DNA of 64,000 nt from Camelus dromedarius (Eukaryota): the NCBI RefSeq assembly GCF_036321535.1, contig NC_087437.1, forward strand, positions 43,588,001 through 43,652,000, given 5' to 3'. The position numbers and the translations under genes are program-made. Each line of letters starts with the position of its first letter. The stretch's first letter is position 1. Of the stretch, positions 27,661-40,324 are shown piece after piece. The notes under the pieces were generated by a model. It ran no database searches and was not told the origin of the DNA. It saw only the letters and a program-made list of their open reading frames with translations.

Positions 27661-28064
27661 ACACGTGTTATTAAATGAATATGTTCTAGTGCTTATTCAA
27701 CAGTAAAATTAAAAGACTTGTAAAATAATTTTTAAAAACAGCTATTTGAGTTCTAGAACGTAAACACTTAAATGATGTTTATCAAAGAGAATAAAGTTTT
27801 GAAGGCAGAACAAATAGCTGCCGAATGATTTTAATAATAAAAATAACGCTCATAATCACCTCACGGCATGTTTGTATCACACTTTATGCTTTTCTAAAGT
27901 TCTTTTGGCTTTTAGTTTTGCATTTTGTCTACTTATATTTGTATATGATATATTTGAATTTGTACATAGTAAGTATCTGTTCACCCAGAATGTTTCAAGA
28001 AATGAAAAGGTACAGAATAATAGCCAATCATGGTAAAAATAATAAATAATAGCGCCAAAACAGG

Positions 28065-28322
28065 AGCTACCATTCAGTGAGTAATTGCTCTGTTCCAGCT
28101 GGTATAATAAATACCTTTCACGTGCCGTTTTATTTAATCCTCAAAATAATCCTATGAAATAAGAACTATTACAAGCTCCCTGCTACCGTAGAGGGAACTC
28201 AGAGTTAGAAATCTTAGAAACAACGTCAAAGTCTCTACAGCAGGGAAGCAGCAAGACCAGGATGAGAACCCAAGTCAGTCTGACCCCCAAGTCCTTGCTC
28301 TTAATCACGCACTCCACTGCCT
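28065..28322 (-). mobile_element. MIR SINE
   Basis: 'ttatttaatcctcaaaataatcctatgaaataag...gaacccaagtcagtctgacccca.gtccttgctcttaatcac'. Confidence 0.8.
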
Positions 28323-28364
28323 TCTCAGTCGTCGACAACAATAAAAAGAACAGTTAGTACTGAT

Positions 28365-28583
28365 TATTTATAAAACTCTCATATGGTCCATGTAGTGGGT
28401 CTTTGTTGTATTATTTATCCTCGAAACAACAACAGGAAGTGTGGGTTTGGTTATCCTGTTTTCCAGGTGAGAAAACCAAGGCTTAAATAATCTTGGCTCC
28501 TTGCCCATGTTTACAAAGCTCGTCAGTGATAGAGAATGGACTCTGGTTTGCTTCAGAGAGCCAGCAGGGCTCTTAATCACCAC
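28365..28583 (-). mobile_element. MIR SINE (second, tandem, same orientation)
   Basis: 'ttatcctgttttccaggtgagaaaaccaaggc...ttgcccatgtttacaaagct...gctcttaatcac'. Confidence 0.75.
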
Positions 28584-30831
28584 CTAATCTAAATGGAAAT
28601 TAAATATTCTGGTTAGAAGAAAATTATTATATTTAGAGAGTGTAAATTTTTACTATAGCTAGAATAAAATAACATACAAGCACTTAACATTAAAGTCATA
28701 CCAAATATAATTTCCTCTTTCTACAGTGATTGGAAAAGCACTTCAGAATCTTGAAGGGCCTCATCAGCATGCCCATAATTAGCATATACTAATATTTTTA
28801 AATTGCGGGTATTTGAAACTTTGGGCCATTTAGCTTCTGAGTATGTGAGAGTTCGCCTGAAATATTTTCCTTTACTGTAACAGTGTCTGAGTAAATTGTT
28901 TTGAAACCCAAGTATGAATGGAAGACACGGAGCAAAGAGTACCTTTAATCCAAGTCCTACACCCTCACATGAGAGAAAAAAAATAGCACTTTTCCCTGAG
29001 ATGGAAGCATTTCGGGGGAAGGGGAGCATAGCTCCAGTGTTTTCAATATTTTAAATTACTCTTCAACACCTATTTCGTTTCATTAGTACTACATTCAACT
29101 ACCACCCTATTTAAGTGATCATTTTTTGTGTTTTTATTGTTTGTTCATATACTTTGTCCGCTTATCAACCTGAGTGTTAGAATTTTTAATACAATTTTAC
29201 AATGTATGATTATAAAGGTACTATGAATAGTGAAAAGAGTGTTCAATAATAGTTGGATAATTTTAGAAAATATAAAAATAAATCAGCAATAAAACTTTTA
29301 TCCATAAACGCACCACACAATGATGAAGTAATTGTTAGTAGCCAGAAGAAGTTTCCCTGTCTTTCAAATCTATTTCATGAAAGTGAAATTTTCCTAGCAC
29401 TATAATAAAGGAAACAAATTCAAGTTACATAATGTGAAAGTACTTGCCATTTCATCTGAGGTACTGGGATTTAAATTATGTATATGTCCATCATTCTTCA
29501 GCGGGTTACAAAGTCTGCTGTGTATTAGCCTTTTTACAACTAATAGAACTCATTACACTAATAGTCCAGTATTATGTAAATGTATTTTATCCAAATATCT
29601 AGTATCCATAAGTAGTTTATTCTCTATATCCCTAATGTAATATATCAAACAATAACTCATTTGTCAAAGGGAGACAGTTCATTAAAATTCAACAACCATT
29701 TGGCCAGGATAAAACAGCAACAGTATAAAAATTGATGTTGTGAAACTTAACAAATGAGGGAATAAGGAAAGTGCGAATCAGGAAATTGCAGGTCTGCCCT
29801 CTAGGGCCATTTTGGGGTCACTTGTCTGAGTTTTATTATTACAATTGTTTTACAAAAAGTCTCCAAGTTATTAGGCTGCTAGGGAAGCCAATTTACAACT
29901 AGGTGACTTGCATATCAGGGGCATTCAATAAATGAGAACATGATGCCACCTGGGACATAAGAGTAGAAAAGGGACAACACTTGAGCACTGTGCTACAACT
30001 CGGTTTTTAATAGCAAATTGTTATGTGATTTAGGAAGCACATTTTCTATTTTGCTGAGTTATATTTAAGTAGACTGGTGAATAAGAGTTTTAGGCTTTTT
30101 TGTTTATGATGCCAAATGCAATTTTTGCTCCATATTTTTAAAATGAAAGAAAATATCAAGTGAAGAAATAGCACCTACCAAGATTTTGGATGGTTTAAAA
30201 AAGCCAAGACAAAACAAAACTCATCCAATTGTGAAACTTACAGTAATAGAAGAGGTGCCCAATGGTTCATTTTTAAGTTTTAGAAAAAAATGAAAACTTG
30301 CAACTTTTTAGGGTACTCAGAGAAGTACATTTTTGTGTGTGTGTGATAGAGCTAAGAAATTAGTTTAAAATTAACAGTAAACGATTTTGTAGTTATAAAA
30401 ACATCAAACATTTTTATTATAGGTTATATTCACCAAGATTATTTTACTTCAATCATTAGCAGATTCATTTATGCATGTATACACGTTGAAGAAAACATTT
30501 CATTATGTTTACATAGAGGCACTGGTTTACGCATGTGTACATGAGTTATTAGTTGGCTGCTTATAACTGTTACCTAAATAAGCTCCCATCTTAGGCTCTC
30601 GTTACTTTAATGGTATCTGCGTACTTCCAAAATCCATTCCCTTGTGACCAAACAGGCTCTGCTTTTACAGACAGTCATCAGGAAATGTCATATTTGACTC
30701 TTCATAGAGCAAAAGCAACTGATTTTCCAGACATCTATCTTTCCAAAGGCAAGTATTAAAGGTTTGATTAAGGGCAAGAATCTCTGATACTTGAGATGAT
30801 TTTATTCTAGTCTCTCCTCTTTCTGCTGACA

Positions 30832-30950
30832 ATAATATATACACATATAATTTACATATATCATATATTATATATAATATAAAAATACATATTTATATAA
30901 AATGTATTTTATAGAAATATTTTGCATATTTTATATAAATACATTTAAAT
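30832..30950. repeat. AT-rich low-complexity tract
   Basis: Almost entirely A/T with degenerate (TA)n. Confidence 0.7.
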
Positions 30951-32689
30951 AACAGATAGAGTTATATCTGTATAACACTTTCATTTCCCTGCATATTCCC
31001 AATATATTATACTTGTTCTTTCGCTTACCAGAAGACTTTGCATGCAGTAAAAATGGCACGCATGGTGTAAGGGAGCCGAAGTTGCCATTCACGGATCAAG
31101 TCTTCCTTAGAAATCCACTTTTCTGTTCCCCGTAAGTTTATCGCAAGGAGATTTTCTTATGCAAATAAGCAGACCTATATGGTGATCTCCCTAACACATT
31201 TTTGCTTTATCCAAGTTCCATCTGCTGTTAGAAAGGAGCATTTGGTGTCACAATGACTGCTGTGTTATGCATGTGAGAAGTAACAAAGTACAGTATGAAC
31301 TCGTTTATTAGTACATAGGGGACTGGTACAGCTATGCTTCCTTTTAAGCTGTTAATCAAGTTACGCAGCTAATAAGCAAAAGACAAATAAGCAAAGCTAT
31401 TTTTGCCTCCCAGTTATGCTCTTGACAAAGATCAAAAAAGAAGACTGGCTTGCAACTCTGACCTGCCGTTATGGGAAAGTATGTCTCCTGCCAAAAATGA
31501 AACTACAAATTGCGTGTTGTTTGATGGCGTTCATGTACTTGTTTGAACAGATCACCTTGTTGAAACTCTGACGAAAGTGCTGACAGGCGTTGTCTGCTTA
31601 GCAAAATTACAATTGCAATAAAGCATCAAGAAGAGGAATCATTAAGAGTACTCAGACTATCTCCAAGGCTTTGGGGCTTGAACCTACGCTTTCAGATTTA
31701 GGGGGTTTGTTTATTTCAGTTTCAAAGCTCTCTCTTCAAATAAAATAACCCAAGTATTTGAGCACTGTATCCATCTATAAAATTTACTCCAAGTGGGTTC
31801 CTTATTTAATCTTGCACATGAGGTCTATTAGAACTTCTTGTCTATACTGTTTGACAGAAATTTATTCAAACAAACATGACTGTGATTTATAATCCTTATA
31901 CTTCAATTATTCTGTTGTGCCTAAACCCCTGAATTTCATTGTGTGTTGACCATACAGCAGGATACCCAGAGCAAATATACGTTTTGTTCTTGACAGTGTC
32001 AGAGGGTGAAAAAATTTGCTTTATTTGAATAGATCATAAAAGATATGCTATAATCAGATTTTTGGAATACATTAGAGAAATTTTATCTTGAAGTCAAAAT
32101 CTTAAACAGAAAACTTGTTTACTCTCAGTTTAGTTTTAGAAAAAAGTGATTAAATCCTATCAAGTAACCAGGGATTTTTCTCTGCTTATTCTGACTAATA
32201 ATTTCTTCGGGGAGCATTACCTTTTCAACTAGTTGCTAAGGTGTCCTCTAGCTAAGACGCAATTTAAGAGAAGATTACATCTTTATAGAAATCACTGGTA
32301 CTGTGCAGATGCAGTAACTCATGAAGTTTGTTCTCAAGTTAACACAGCAAACATTTTTTTAAGTATGCATTCAATATCTGTTTATTCCGTGTCTGCTCTG
32401 GGCTTAGCATTGAACTAGGCTCCCAAAGAATTACATAATGTAGACAATGTAGTTCCTGCCATGAGTCCTGTTGCTTGCTTTTTATGTTTTCTTCTTGTCT
32501 TCCTCACCGGCCTGTAAGTAAGTCTCAGGAAAAGCTGTATAGTCTTATGTGCTCCCCAAAGTGCTTTCCACAAGGAACTAGATGAGTGAACTTTTTAAAC
32601 AATTTTCCAATAAGACGCACATGTTACGAACTTCCTTCCTTCACTCGTTTCCTGCCACTCTTTATCCCCAGCAATCCTGTCCACACAGG

Positions 32690-32950
32690 ACTGCTCATTA
32701 TTCTCCAGAATGACTTGTGTTTCCACATCTCTAGGCCTTTGCTATTGCTAATCTCCTGCTAAAAAAACAAGAGTCCTATGCCCCTTTGTCCACTGTTAAT
32801 AGCACTTATCTCACTGGTGTAGAATTAGCTGTCTGCTCCTCTCACTAAGCTACTAGAAGTTTGGTATAATTTTTTTTCATCTTTGCATTCACAGTGCCCA
32901 GGAGAATGTCTCGTGCTTAAGAGGTATTCAAAACTCGTTAGTTGAATTCA
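32690..32950 (+). mobile_element. L2 3' region
   Basis: 'ctctaggcctttgctattgct', 'catctttgcattcacagtgcccagga...gtattcaaaactcgttagttgaat'. Confidence 0.6.
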
Positions 32951-33069
32951 GTCTAATCAGTGAGACACACATAGTTACTCTTCCAGATTTTTGAAAAGCA
33001 TATCCTAAGCTTTTATTATTTGCCAGCAACTGTAAGGCACATGCAGTTTGATGCCAGGGTCATTTCTAA

Positions 33070-33111
33070 GCAAAACAAACAAACGAATGAACAAACAAAC
33101 AAACAAACAAA
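33070..33111. repeat. (AAAC)n microsatellite, interrupted
   Basis: caaaacaaacaaacgaatgaacaaacaaacaaacaaacaaa. Confidence 0.85.
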
Positions 33112-35764
33112 GTATCTGCCTGTTCAATTTACTGAGTGGTCTGCAAACAGACATTCATATATGATCCCTGGCCCACAGCCCTAGTGCCAGATAGGATGAG
33201 AGATGGAATAAGGTTCAAATATAGGGTGAAAATCAGTGCCACGGTTGAGGTTAGTGAGAAAGAGAGAGTAGGGGATGTTATGACCATACAGGATATCTAT
33301 TGGTAAACTGGTAATTTTACGTTTTGATACATCAAAATTACTATGTCAGAATAACCTGCCACATACAACCATCTATCTATAAGGTGACACAGGACAGTTG
33401 GTGCAAAGGAACCGTATTATAGTTAAAGGGAGCTGGGGACATTTCAGGCTTTGTCAAGCATTAGTCATTGCCAACACTGGCTACACTGTCAAACAGGGTG
33501 ATTCTATCTTGTGGTTGTGTCCAACTGGCCCCCTTTTCTTCATACTTCTCTGCTCTTCAGACTCCCCAGAGCGCTTTCCCCACTCATCCTCTACTCAGAA
33601 GCCTCTCTCGCCCTAAGGTCTTCCTCCCACGGTTGAGAAGGGAATCACTGGTATAAAGATGATACTCTTTCCGGAGTATTTGCATTTCAATGAGAGATAA
33701 ATTACCTTAAGTCAAAAAGAAGATTTTGAATGGTGAGGTTTCAGGCACCAGCAGAAATAAAGGTAGTAACCATGTTCTCAGAGGCCCAGTAACAACCCCA
33801 AACGTCCCCCCACCTCACCAGTCTCACTTCTGTGGTTCCTGATGAGGTTCATGAGAGATGGAGACATTGCTGTTCTATGGGAAGTGATGTACGAGTAAGA
33901 TTACTCCATCCCACCATGGAAAAGTAGCGTAAATGGGCACGTGGGAAGAGTGAATGAGTAAGTGCTTTGGTAAAGAAAAAGCCAAAAAAAAAAATCATCC
34001 GTCTCTCATTTCTAAAAGCACCACTGTGCTGTCTGGTGTAACATAACTATTTTTAAGTGTTGGTTCAGAAAATATGTATTAAAACATTCTTCTCTGGCGT
34101 TATGTCAGAGGTTTTCTCTTTGTTCTATTAATTTATTTTAAAAATTAATATAAAATCCAAAAGTCATGCCATTGCTTAGAAAAGTTTCATTTTATTATTT
34201 TTCTTCATTTAGATTTACCCACGGGACTCCATACCATGCTATTATTAAATGATGTTTCTACTCACCGGATCACGGTGCTCCTCTACTTCTGTTATTAATC
34301 TGATTCACTCTCTAAAACTTTCCCCAAAATACCAAAAGCCCAAAATCTTAATCAAAATTTGAGAAACAGTCTCCATTATTCTCTTTTATGTATAGTCCAC
34401 CTAGCCATTTTCAATGCTTCCAGCTAAAGCAAATTATTGAGATTATAGCCAGAGCTAAAGCTAACTGAAATGTATGTATCTATTTGTAGAGAAAGAATTA
34501 AGTTCTTCAAAAAAAAATTAGAGATCTATAGATAGATAGATGACGTAGACATAGATACAGACCCAGACACAAATAGATTTAGCACAACGTTTCATAACTA
34601 AAAAGAATCTTGTTGATACTTAAGTATAACCTCTTCACTCAAAAAAATAAAGGACAAAGGCCCAGAAAGACTCAGGGACCTACTCAAGATCATTTTTTTT
34701 TTATTCCAGCCAGAGCTGAACCCAAACACAGAAATCTTGACATTTAAACTTCTTTCTTTTCTATCATATATAATAATTCTTGGAATTTTATGTTCAAAAC
34801 AGAGTAAACAAACAAGATTATGATCTCACTTGTTTGGAAAATGGAGCTTTAAAAATATCATGATGACATTTCAGAGGCATCATTCTTAACTTCAGTTATC
34901 ACTGCATCAGTAAAACATATGTTTAAAAGCTCCAGTAAATACACATACGAATAACTGAGAGTTTATTGTATTAACAAGCAAAGAGACAATCTGAGGAAAT
35001 AGTTTAATGAACCAGGAAAAGGCACTACAGATATTAGGGGGCCAATTAGTCTATGAGATTTTGCATCCAGCTAAATTCAGAGTCTGAATTTGGACCTGGA
35101 CTTAGTGGGGACCTCAGAGAAATCTCTAGAGAACCGCTGAGTGTACAGGACAGCACGGGGGTCTGTGCACAAGCAGTCCTCCTCTCCCGACGTACCACAT
35201 CACCGACGCCACATGTTTCATCTAGGTTAGAAGAGATGTCACTAAAGAACAGTGGGTACAGAAAGCATGGCCCAAGTCTTGGAAACCATCAGTGAAGCAG
35301 GCGACAGTTTAGAAAACGTTGGCCGTATCAGGGGAAATGAAGTATACTCAGAGGTCAGAGTGAAATCTACCAGTGTAGGTCAGTCAGACTTCCATTGGGT
35401 TGAGGCCAGGCTACAGTTCAGTGGGCTCATTCCAGGTTCACCAAGTGCCAGACCTTGAGAGTAGAACTAACTCCTACGCTCCAGATACTGGAGGCCATTG
35501 TCTCCTAATACTCTGCCCAGGTTTGACAAGGATTCACTAGAGAGAAGACAATCCCACTAGGCTGTGTTCAATGAGGACAACATGCCCTTCCTAAAGACAC
35601 GTGAGCTTCCTGCTGGAAAATGGAAATAGATACGGGCAGTCACAATTCCACAAATGTCCTTGTTTGCAGCCTTCAAAACAATTACCATCATCTTATGTGT
35701 GTGTGTTTGTGTATATATTAAAGTCATCTGTTGTAAAAAAAACTCCTTTAAAATCATATTTTAA

Positions 35765-36600
35765 AGTATTTTTTCTCATTATAAAACTAACATATATCCA
35801 ATACAGAAAATCTGGAAAATACACAAGTCATCTATAATCCCCAGAACTACCTAGTATTAACATTCTAAGGTTTTTCCTTTTTTCTTTCTACAATTATACA
35901 TATGCACATACATCCATGCACTATATTATAAAAAATTATGATAATTTCTTTAATCTTGCACTGTTTGTCACTCGGTTGATTGTTATCATTTCTATACATT
36001 ATTGATCTTCAAAAACATGACTCCACTAAATAAATGATTATATGTAAAGCAATCATCCTACACTGCTGTACATTTAGATTAATAGGTATTAATGATAGTA
36101 GAGAAAATGAAACTAAGATAGCTAATACTTGTTGAGCACATACTGTGTGTCAGACATTCTTCAGAGTAATTCATTACACAAAACATCATTTTACAAGTGT
36201 GGAAGCTGACACTTAGGGAGATAGCCTCCCCCAAAACTCAAAGAACTAGTCACTGTAAAGTTGTGATTTGAACTCAGATGTTTTTTTGAGCCTGGGTCTC
36301 AAGTTGCTAGCTATTACTTTGTGCTGGTATTAAATATATTATGATGTATATCCTTACATATAAATATTTTATACAACTTACTTACTTGAGATAAACTCCT
36401 CGATGGGGCATCATTCAATCAAAGTGTGTGAAAATTTGCAAAGCCCTTGATATATTTTGCCTCTACAAATATACTAATTTTTACTCCCCCGGTAGACTAT
36501 GAGAATGTTCATTTCATACCATTATTCCCAACATTGAACATTATTATTTAAATTGCCAAATTTGAGAATTAAAAAATGGGACCTTGTTTTATTTCTGTTT
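35765..36600 (-). mobile_element. Ancient L1ME-like 3' UTR relic interrupted by a MIR
   Basis: 'ataatccccagaactacctagtattaacatt', 'tgatatattttgcc...tactaatttttactccc...catacc..ccaacattga'; very diverged. Confidence 0.5.
36118..36320 (-). mobile_element. MIR SINE
   Basis: 'atagctaatacttgttgagcacatactgtgtgtcagaca...cattttacaagtgtggaagctga...gatttgaactcag'. Confidence 0.75.
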
Positions 36601-36799
36601 TAAAATAATAGTTGTATTTTCTTTAATTTTTTTTGTCTTTATTGTTATTAAGTGACATTCACCAAACCACATTTATCTAATGCTCGCATTTCCCTCCCCT
36701 GAGGTGTCATTTAATGACAAAGACAAAATGCATGGAATCTGTCCTGATTTGGTCTGTACTGAACTGCATGTTTTTATGCCCATTTTCTGGAGCCAGCTT

Positions 36800-37003
36800 G
36801 TGGGAGCCCATTTACCCTTGCTATATTGAGTGTACGTAAGGCTGGGACAAGGGATGTAAACCACGGGCTCCTCATCCGTAACGTGATGACAACAAGAAAC
36901 GTACATACCTCTTAGGTTTGCTTTGAGGATTATATAAAATAAGACACAAAGGGCTTAGAACAATGTGTGCCTCATTCTAAGTGGGTATGAATGTTAGCTG
37001 TTA
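36800..37003 (+). mobile_element. MIR SINE
   Basis: 'ctcctcatccgtaa...tacctcttaggtttgctttgaggatta...gcttagaacaatg...aatgttagctgtt'. Confidence 0.7.
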
Positions 37004-37692
37004 CCAGTAGTAGCAGTAACAGTACAAAGAGTGAGAGTGAATATGTGGTCCAGGTTATCTTTTCTTAAGCATGAGAGTGGATGTGTGGTCAAGGCACTAT
37101 TTTCTAATTCTGGGAGATCTGAACTAACCTGCAGAGGGAAGCCAGTCTGGACAGGGTAGAAGTCTCGTCCTACAACTCAACATCTAGGCGAGTCCCTTTC
37201 AGGATGACCCTCTCACTGGGTGGAGGCCTGTGTCAATGAATGAACACAATAATTAGGTGACATTTGTCCTGCAGGTAGGGCCAGAGGTGGAGGAGCTGTC
37301 AAATATGTGCTCTGAAAGGCTCATGGAAGGAAAGTGTCCACATTAGCTTTGTGATGCCAGAAATTCCACCATTTGACTTCTGCAGAAATTCGGATTCCAA
37401 CAGCATTCATTGAGGTGACTACCGTGTGCCAAAGCACTGATCTAGGAGTTTTCCCAGCATCCCATTTCAACCTAACACAGAACATACCCAACAGCTGTGA
37501 AGGAACTACTATTATTTGCAGAATAGTAAATTATTTACAGAGGAAGAAGCAAATGCCATAGAAGTTTATTATCTGCCCAAAGCCCACAGTATCATCAAGT
37601 TAGTCTGCATTTTTTTTCCCTGCTAATGACCTTTTGTGGACATCCAGACATGGAGACCTCTCCCTGGAAACCAGATTTAACAGGGAAAGTTT

Positions 37693-37722
37693 TGTAGTTC
37701 CCAGTCTGGCCAGCAGGGGGCC
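37693..37722 (+). promoter_or_regulatory. CTCF binding site (core plus upstream motif)
   Basis: Core TGGCCAGCAGGGGGCC (37707-37722) closely fits the CTCF consensus; TGTAGTTCC (37693-37701) lies 5 bp upstream, resembling the ZF9-11 upstream motif. Confidence 0.7.
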
Positions 37723-37751
37723 TGCGGTCCAATACTAACGCACCAGCAGCT

Positions 37752-37920
37752 CTGAGTTTCAATTCAGCCCTACTGCTTCTGCCCTTTGCTCATTTTGTCA
37801 CCTTGGACAAATTACTTAATTCCCTGTTTCCTCATCTGTAAAATGGAGATGATAACACCTACCTTGCAATGTCAATGCTGGGAGAAAAGGTAACTTGTAA
37901 AGCTCCCAGCACATAATAGT
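37752..37920 (+). mobile_element. MIR SINE
   Basis: 'tgtcaccttggacaaattacttaa..ccctgtttcctcatctgtaaaatggagatgataacacctacc'. Confidence 0.85.
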
Positions 37921-39084
37921 AATTTATAGGTATTAATAATAACTCAAGTGCTGACCACTCAACTTCTAAGGCTTGAATACTGTGCTCTTAACTCAACTGT
38001 ATGAAAATTAGCACAGAACTGAAGTCTTCATAGCCTGACCCAGAAACAGACCTCCTTCCCTGCTTCTATCATTTAAATACCAAATGTAACCCGAGGGCTC
38101 ACTGTGCACAAGGTTCCATCTAGGTGCTGCGGAAGGCACTCAGATGAATCGGACACAGACCCAGCACTGAATGTCCTTGCAGCCTAGCAGGCACGACTGG
38201 GTGTGAATTAGTACACAGAGCAGAAAGTGGCAAATGGTTTCAGTAGAGCAACGTCTCAGAGAAAGTGCTACACACTTTGAGGAAAGATTGATTTCAACTA
38301 ATAAAGGTCACAAGGTAGTAATATTAACAACCCTTTCCTTTTCTGTGGGCTTTTTTCTGGGACTAAAATCTCACTCCAGCCTCCCTCTCCCAACCACTAA
38401 ATTGAGCAACTTTATCTTACTCGACCTTAGGCAGACCAGTTAGCCCTCCTCTCACTAGTTATTCTCCTGAGCCATCAGGGCACAAACTCCAGCCTCACGG
38501 GGTCCAAAGTGCTGATAACGTTTTTATCTCCCCCTAGAGAAGTAGTGTCCTGAGAATCTGGAAGTGCTTAGGTCCCGAGGGTGGAAACTGGCCCGTTTGT
38601 TCTCACCTCCCCTAGGGTCTCTTTTTTCTTGGTGGTGCTGCTAAGATTGATTCCAAGTGTCTCGTCTCTTTAGTGCACCGCATCACCCCCAGAGCAACGG
38701 CAGGTCGCGGACAGCTTTCTCACCCGTGGATGGGCGGGTTGCAATGCAGCCTGGAGATCCAGGGATTGCAAATTGGGATGGATGAGGTCTAACGAGAAGT
38801 AGGGATCAAGATGTCAGAAATCCTCTAGTTCTTCTCAGAGATTAGATGTAGAAGGAGAGAACAACATTGAGAGAGATTTTTCACACCTAAGTATCTCCCA
38901 CCAGGATTGCCATCCACTCCCAACTAAAGCTTGTACCTAGGCTGTGAGGGAAAGAAACCTCATTGAGACGGACAAGATACTGAGTCTAAGATGATGGTAA
39001 CATGCGACTGCTCTTACTCCTTTCCATGGTTCTCCTTTACTCAATGTCCCCAGACCTCTTAGGTAAAGTTTCTTGTTGAAGGCA

Positions 39085-39315
39085 GATTTTTTTTGTCCCC
39101 TTTGTGTTCTCTTTTTTATTCAGATTTCTTTCCACTCATTTTCTCTCTGTTTCTTATTCTTTGATGATTCTTTCTTTCTTTTTTCTTTATGCTTTTTTTC
39201 CCCATTTCTATTTCTTCCCTTCACTTCTTATATTCTCAATCCACTTCTTTTTTTCTGCTTTTACTGTTTTGACAAGTCTTCTCTCTCAATGTCTCCCTAC
39301 TTTTTTTTTTTTTTA
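39085..39315. repeat. Long pyrimidine-rich (T/C) low-complexity tract
   Basis: About 230 nt dominated by T/C on the + strand, ending in a T run; accounts for the Phe/Leu/Ser-rich spurious ORFs. Confidence 0.75.
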
Positions 39316-39825
39316 AATAGTATCTCTCTCCTTCGACACATGTATTTTGTACACAAATGGTACTTGAGGAATTTGGGATAAAATGACCTGGATCCAATAT
39401 AAACCTTCTTGCTCAACTAACCTAAATACAGAGGCTTGTTCCCTGCTCCTCTTGGTCATGTCTATTTCCACATGAAAAGGCTGCTCGCAGGTTCACGGTA
39501 TAGACGGAACGCAATTACCTACTGTTTGGTGCACAGTGGCCTTTGTGTCTGACAGCCATGCACCAGGTGGTGAAAATAATGTGCCTACTTTATTCCTAAG
39601 CATAAAGGTACTTTTCTACCATAAAAAAACAAAGGACTGAAAAAAACCCTGAAAAATAGTTCTGAAGCTCAAAGTATTCTGTCTAAAATGTCAAAGATTC
39701 AGTGGAATTCTATTTTTTCCTTGTTATTCAGGTTGCCACTTTTCTGTAATATTAGCCGTGGTGTGTATATGTTTTCAGCCCGGGTTCTTTCTGTTCCCTA
39801 CTATTAGACTTTGCCTTAAACTCAC

Positions 39826-39897
39826 AATCCTGCCTGCTTTTCAGCATGTTCATTTTTTCCATGGCAACAGAGACACAGATGAAGGATTCCGGCGTTA
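39826..39897 (-). other. Candidate 72-nt exon containing a strong-Kozak ATG (would encode MEKMNMLKSRQD)
   Basis: Minus strand: acceptor gttctcctctacttcttctccacag|TAAC, GCCATGG, donor GATT|gtgagt. Confidence 0.3.
39855..39868. promoter_or_regulatory. RFX X-box-like motif
   Basis: ttttccatggcaac, 13/14 match to GTTNCCATGGNAAC. Confidence 0.35.
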
Positions 39898-40278
39898 CTG
39901 TGGAGAAGAAGTAGAGGAGAACCTGAGTGTGATGCATCTAAAAATCTGTTATTTGAGAATAAACGCCTGCAGCAGGAGTAAGGGAGGCCAGCCCTCACAG
40001 GAATCAGTGAGCTGCACAGGAGTGGGGGAGGGCAGGGTTTTCGCCCTCAGTGAATGCTGACACATGTTAGTCAAGTAAATCCCCCGTATTTTTCTGTTAG
40101 AAGTTCTGAATTTTTTTTTCTTATAAAAAGGAAAACAGTTCCTTTACAATTTTTATTTTTCGGACAGATTTGAACGTGTCACTGAACAGATATGTCTGTA
40201 TGAAGGGCTTGCTTACTGAAGCACACACTTAAGATCTCTTCTCCTATGATTATTAGAACTCTTGGCATGTGTACTCAC

Positions 40279-40324
40279 CATCTCCCGTCCCTGACTAGCA
40301 GCGATCCCCTGGTACTGCAATGAC
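40279..40324 (-). other. Candidate 46-nt exon (probably non-coding)
   Basis: Minus strand: acceptor atttctgttgtctag|GTC, donor ATG|gtgagt. Confidence 0.3.

Noticed and set aside
38700..38720. Possible REST/RE1 site (cggacagc)
   Set aside because: Only the right half-site is present; the TTCAGCACC left half is absent.
39073..39381. Hydrophobic Phe/Leu-rich ORFs resembling membrane proteins
   Set aside because: Artefact of the pyrimidine-rich low-complexity tract.
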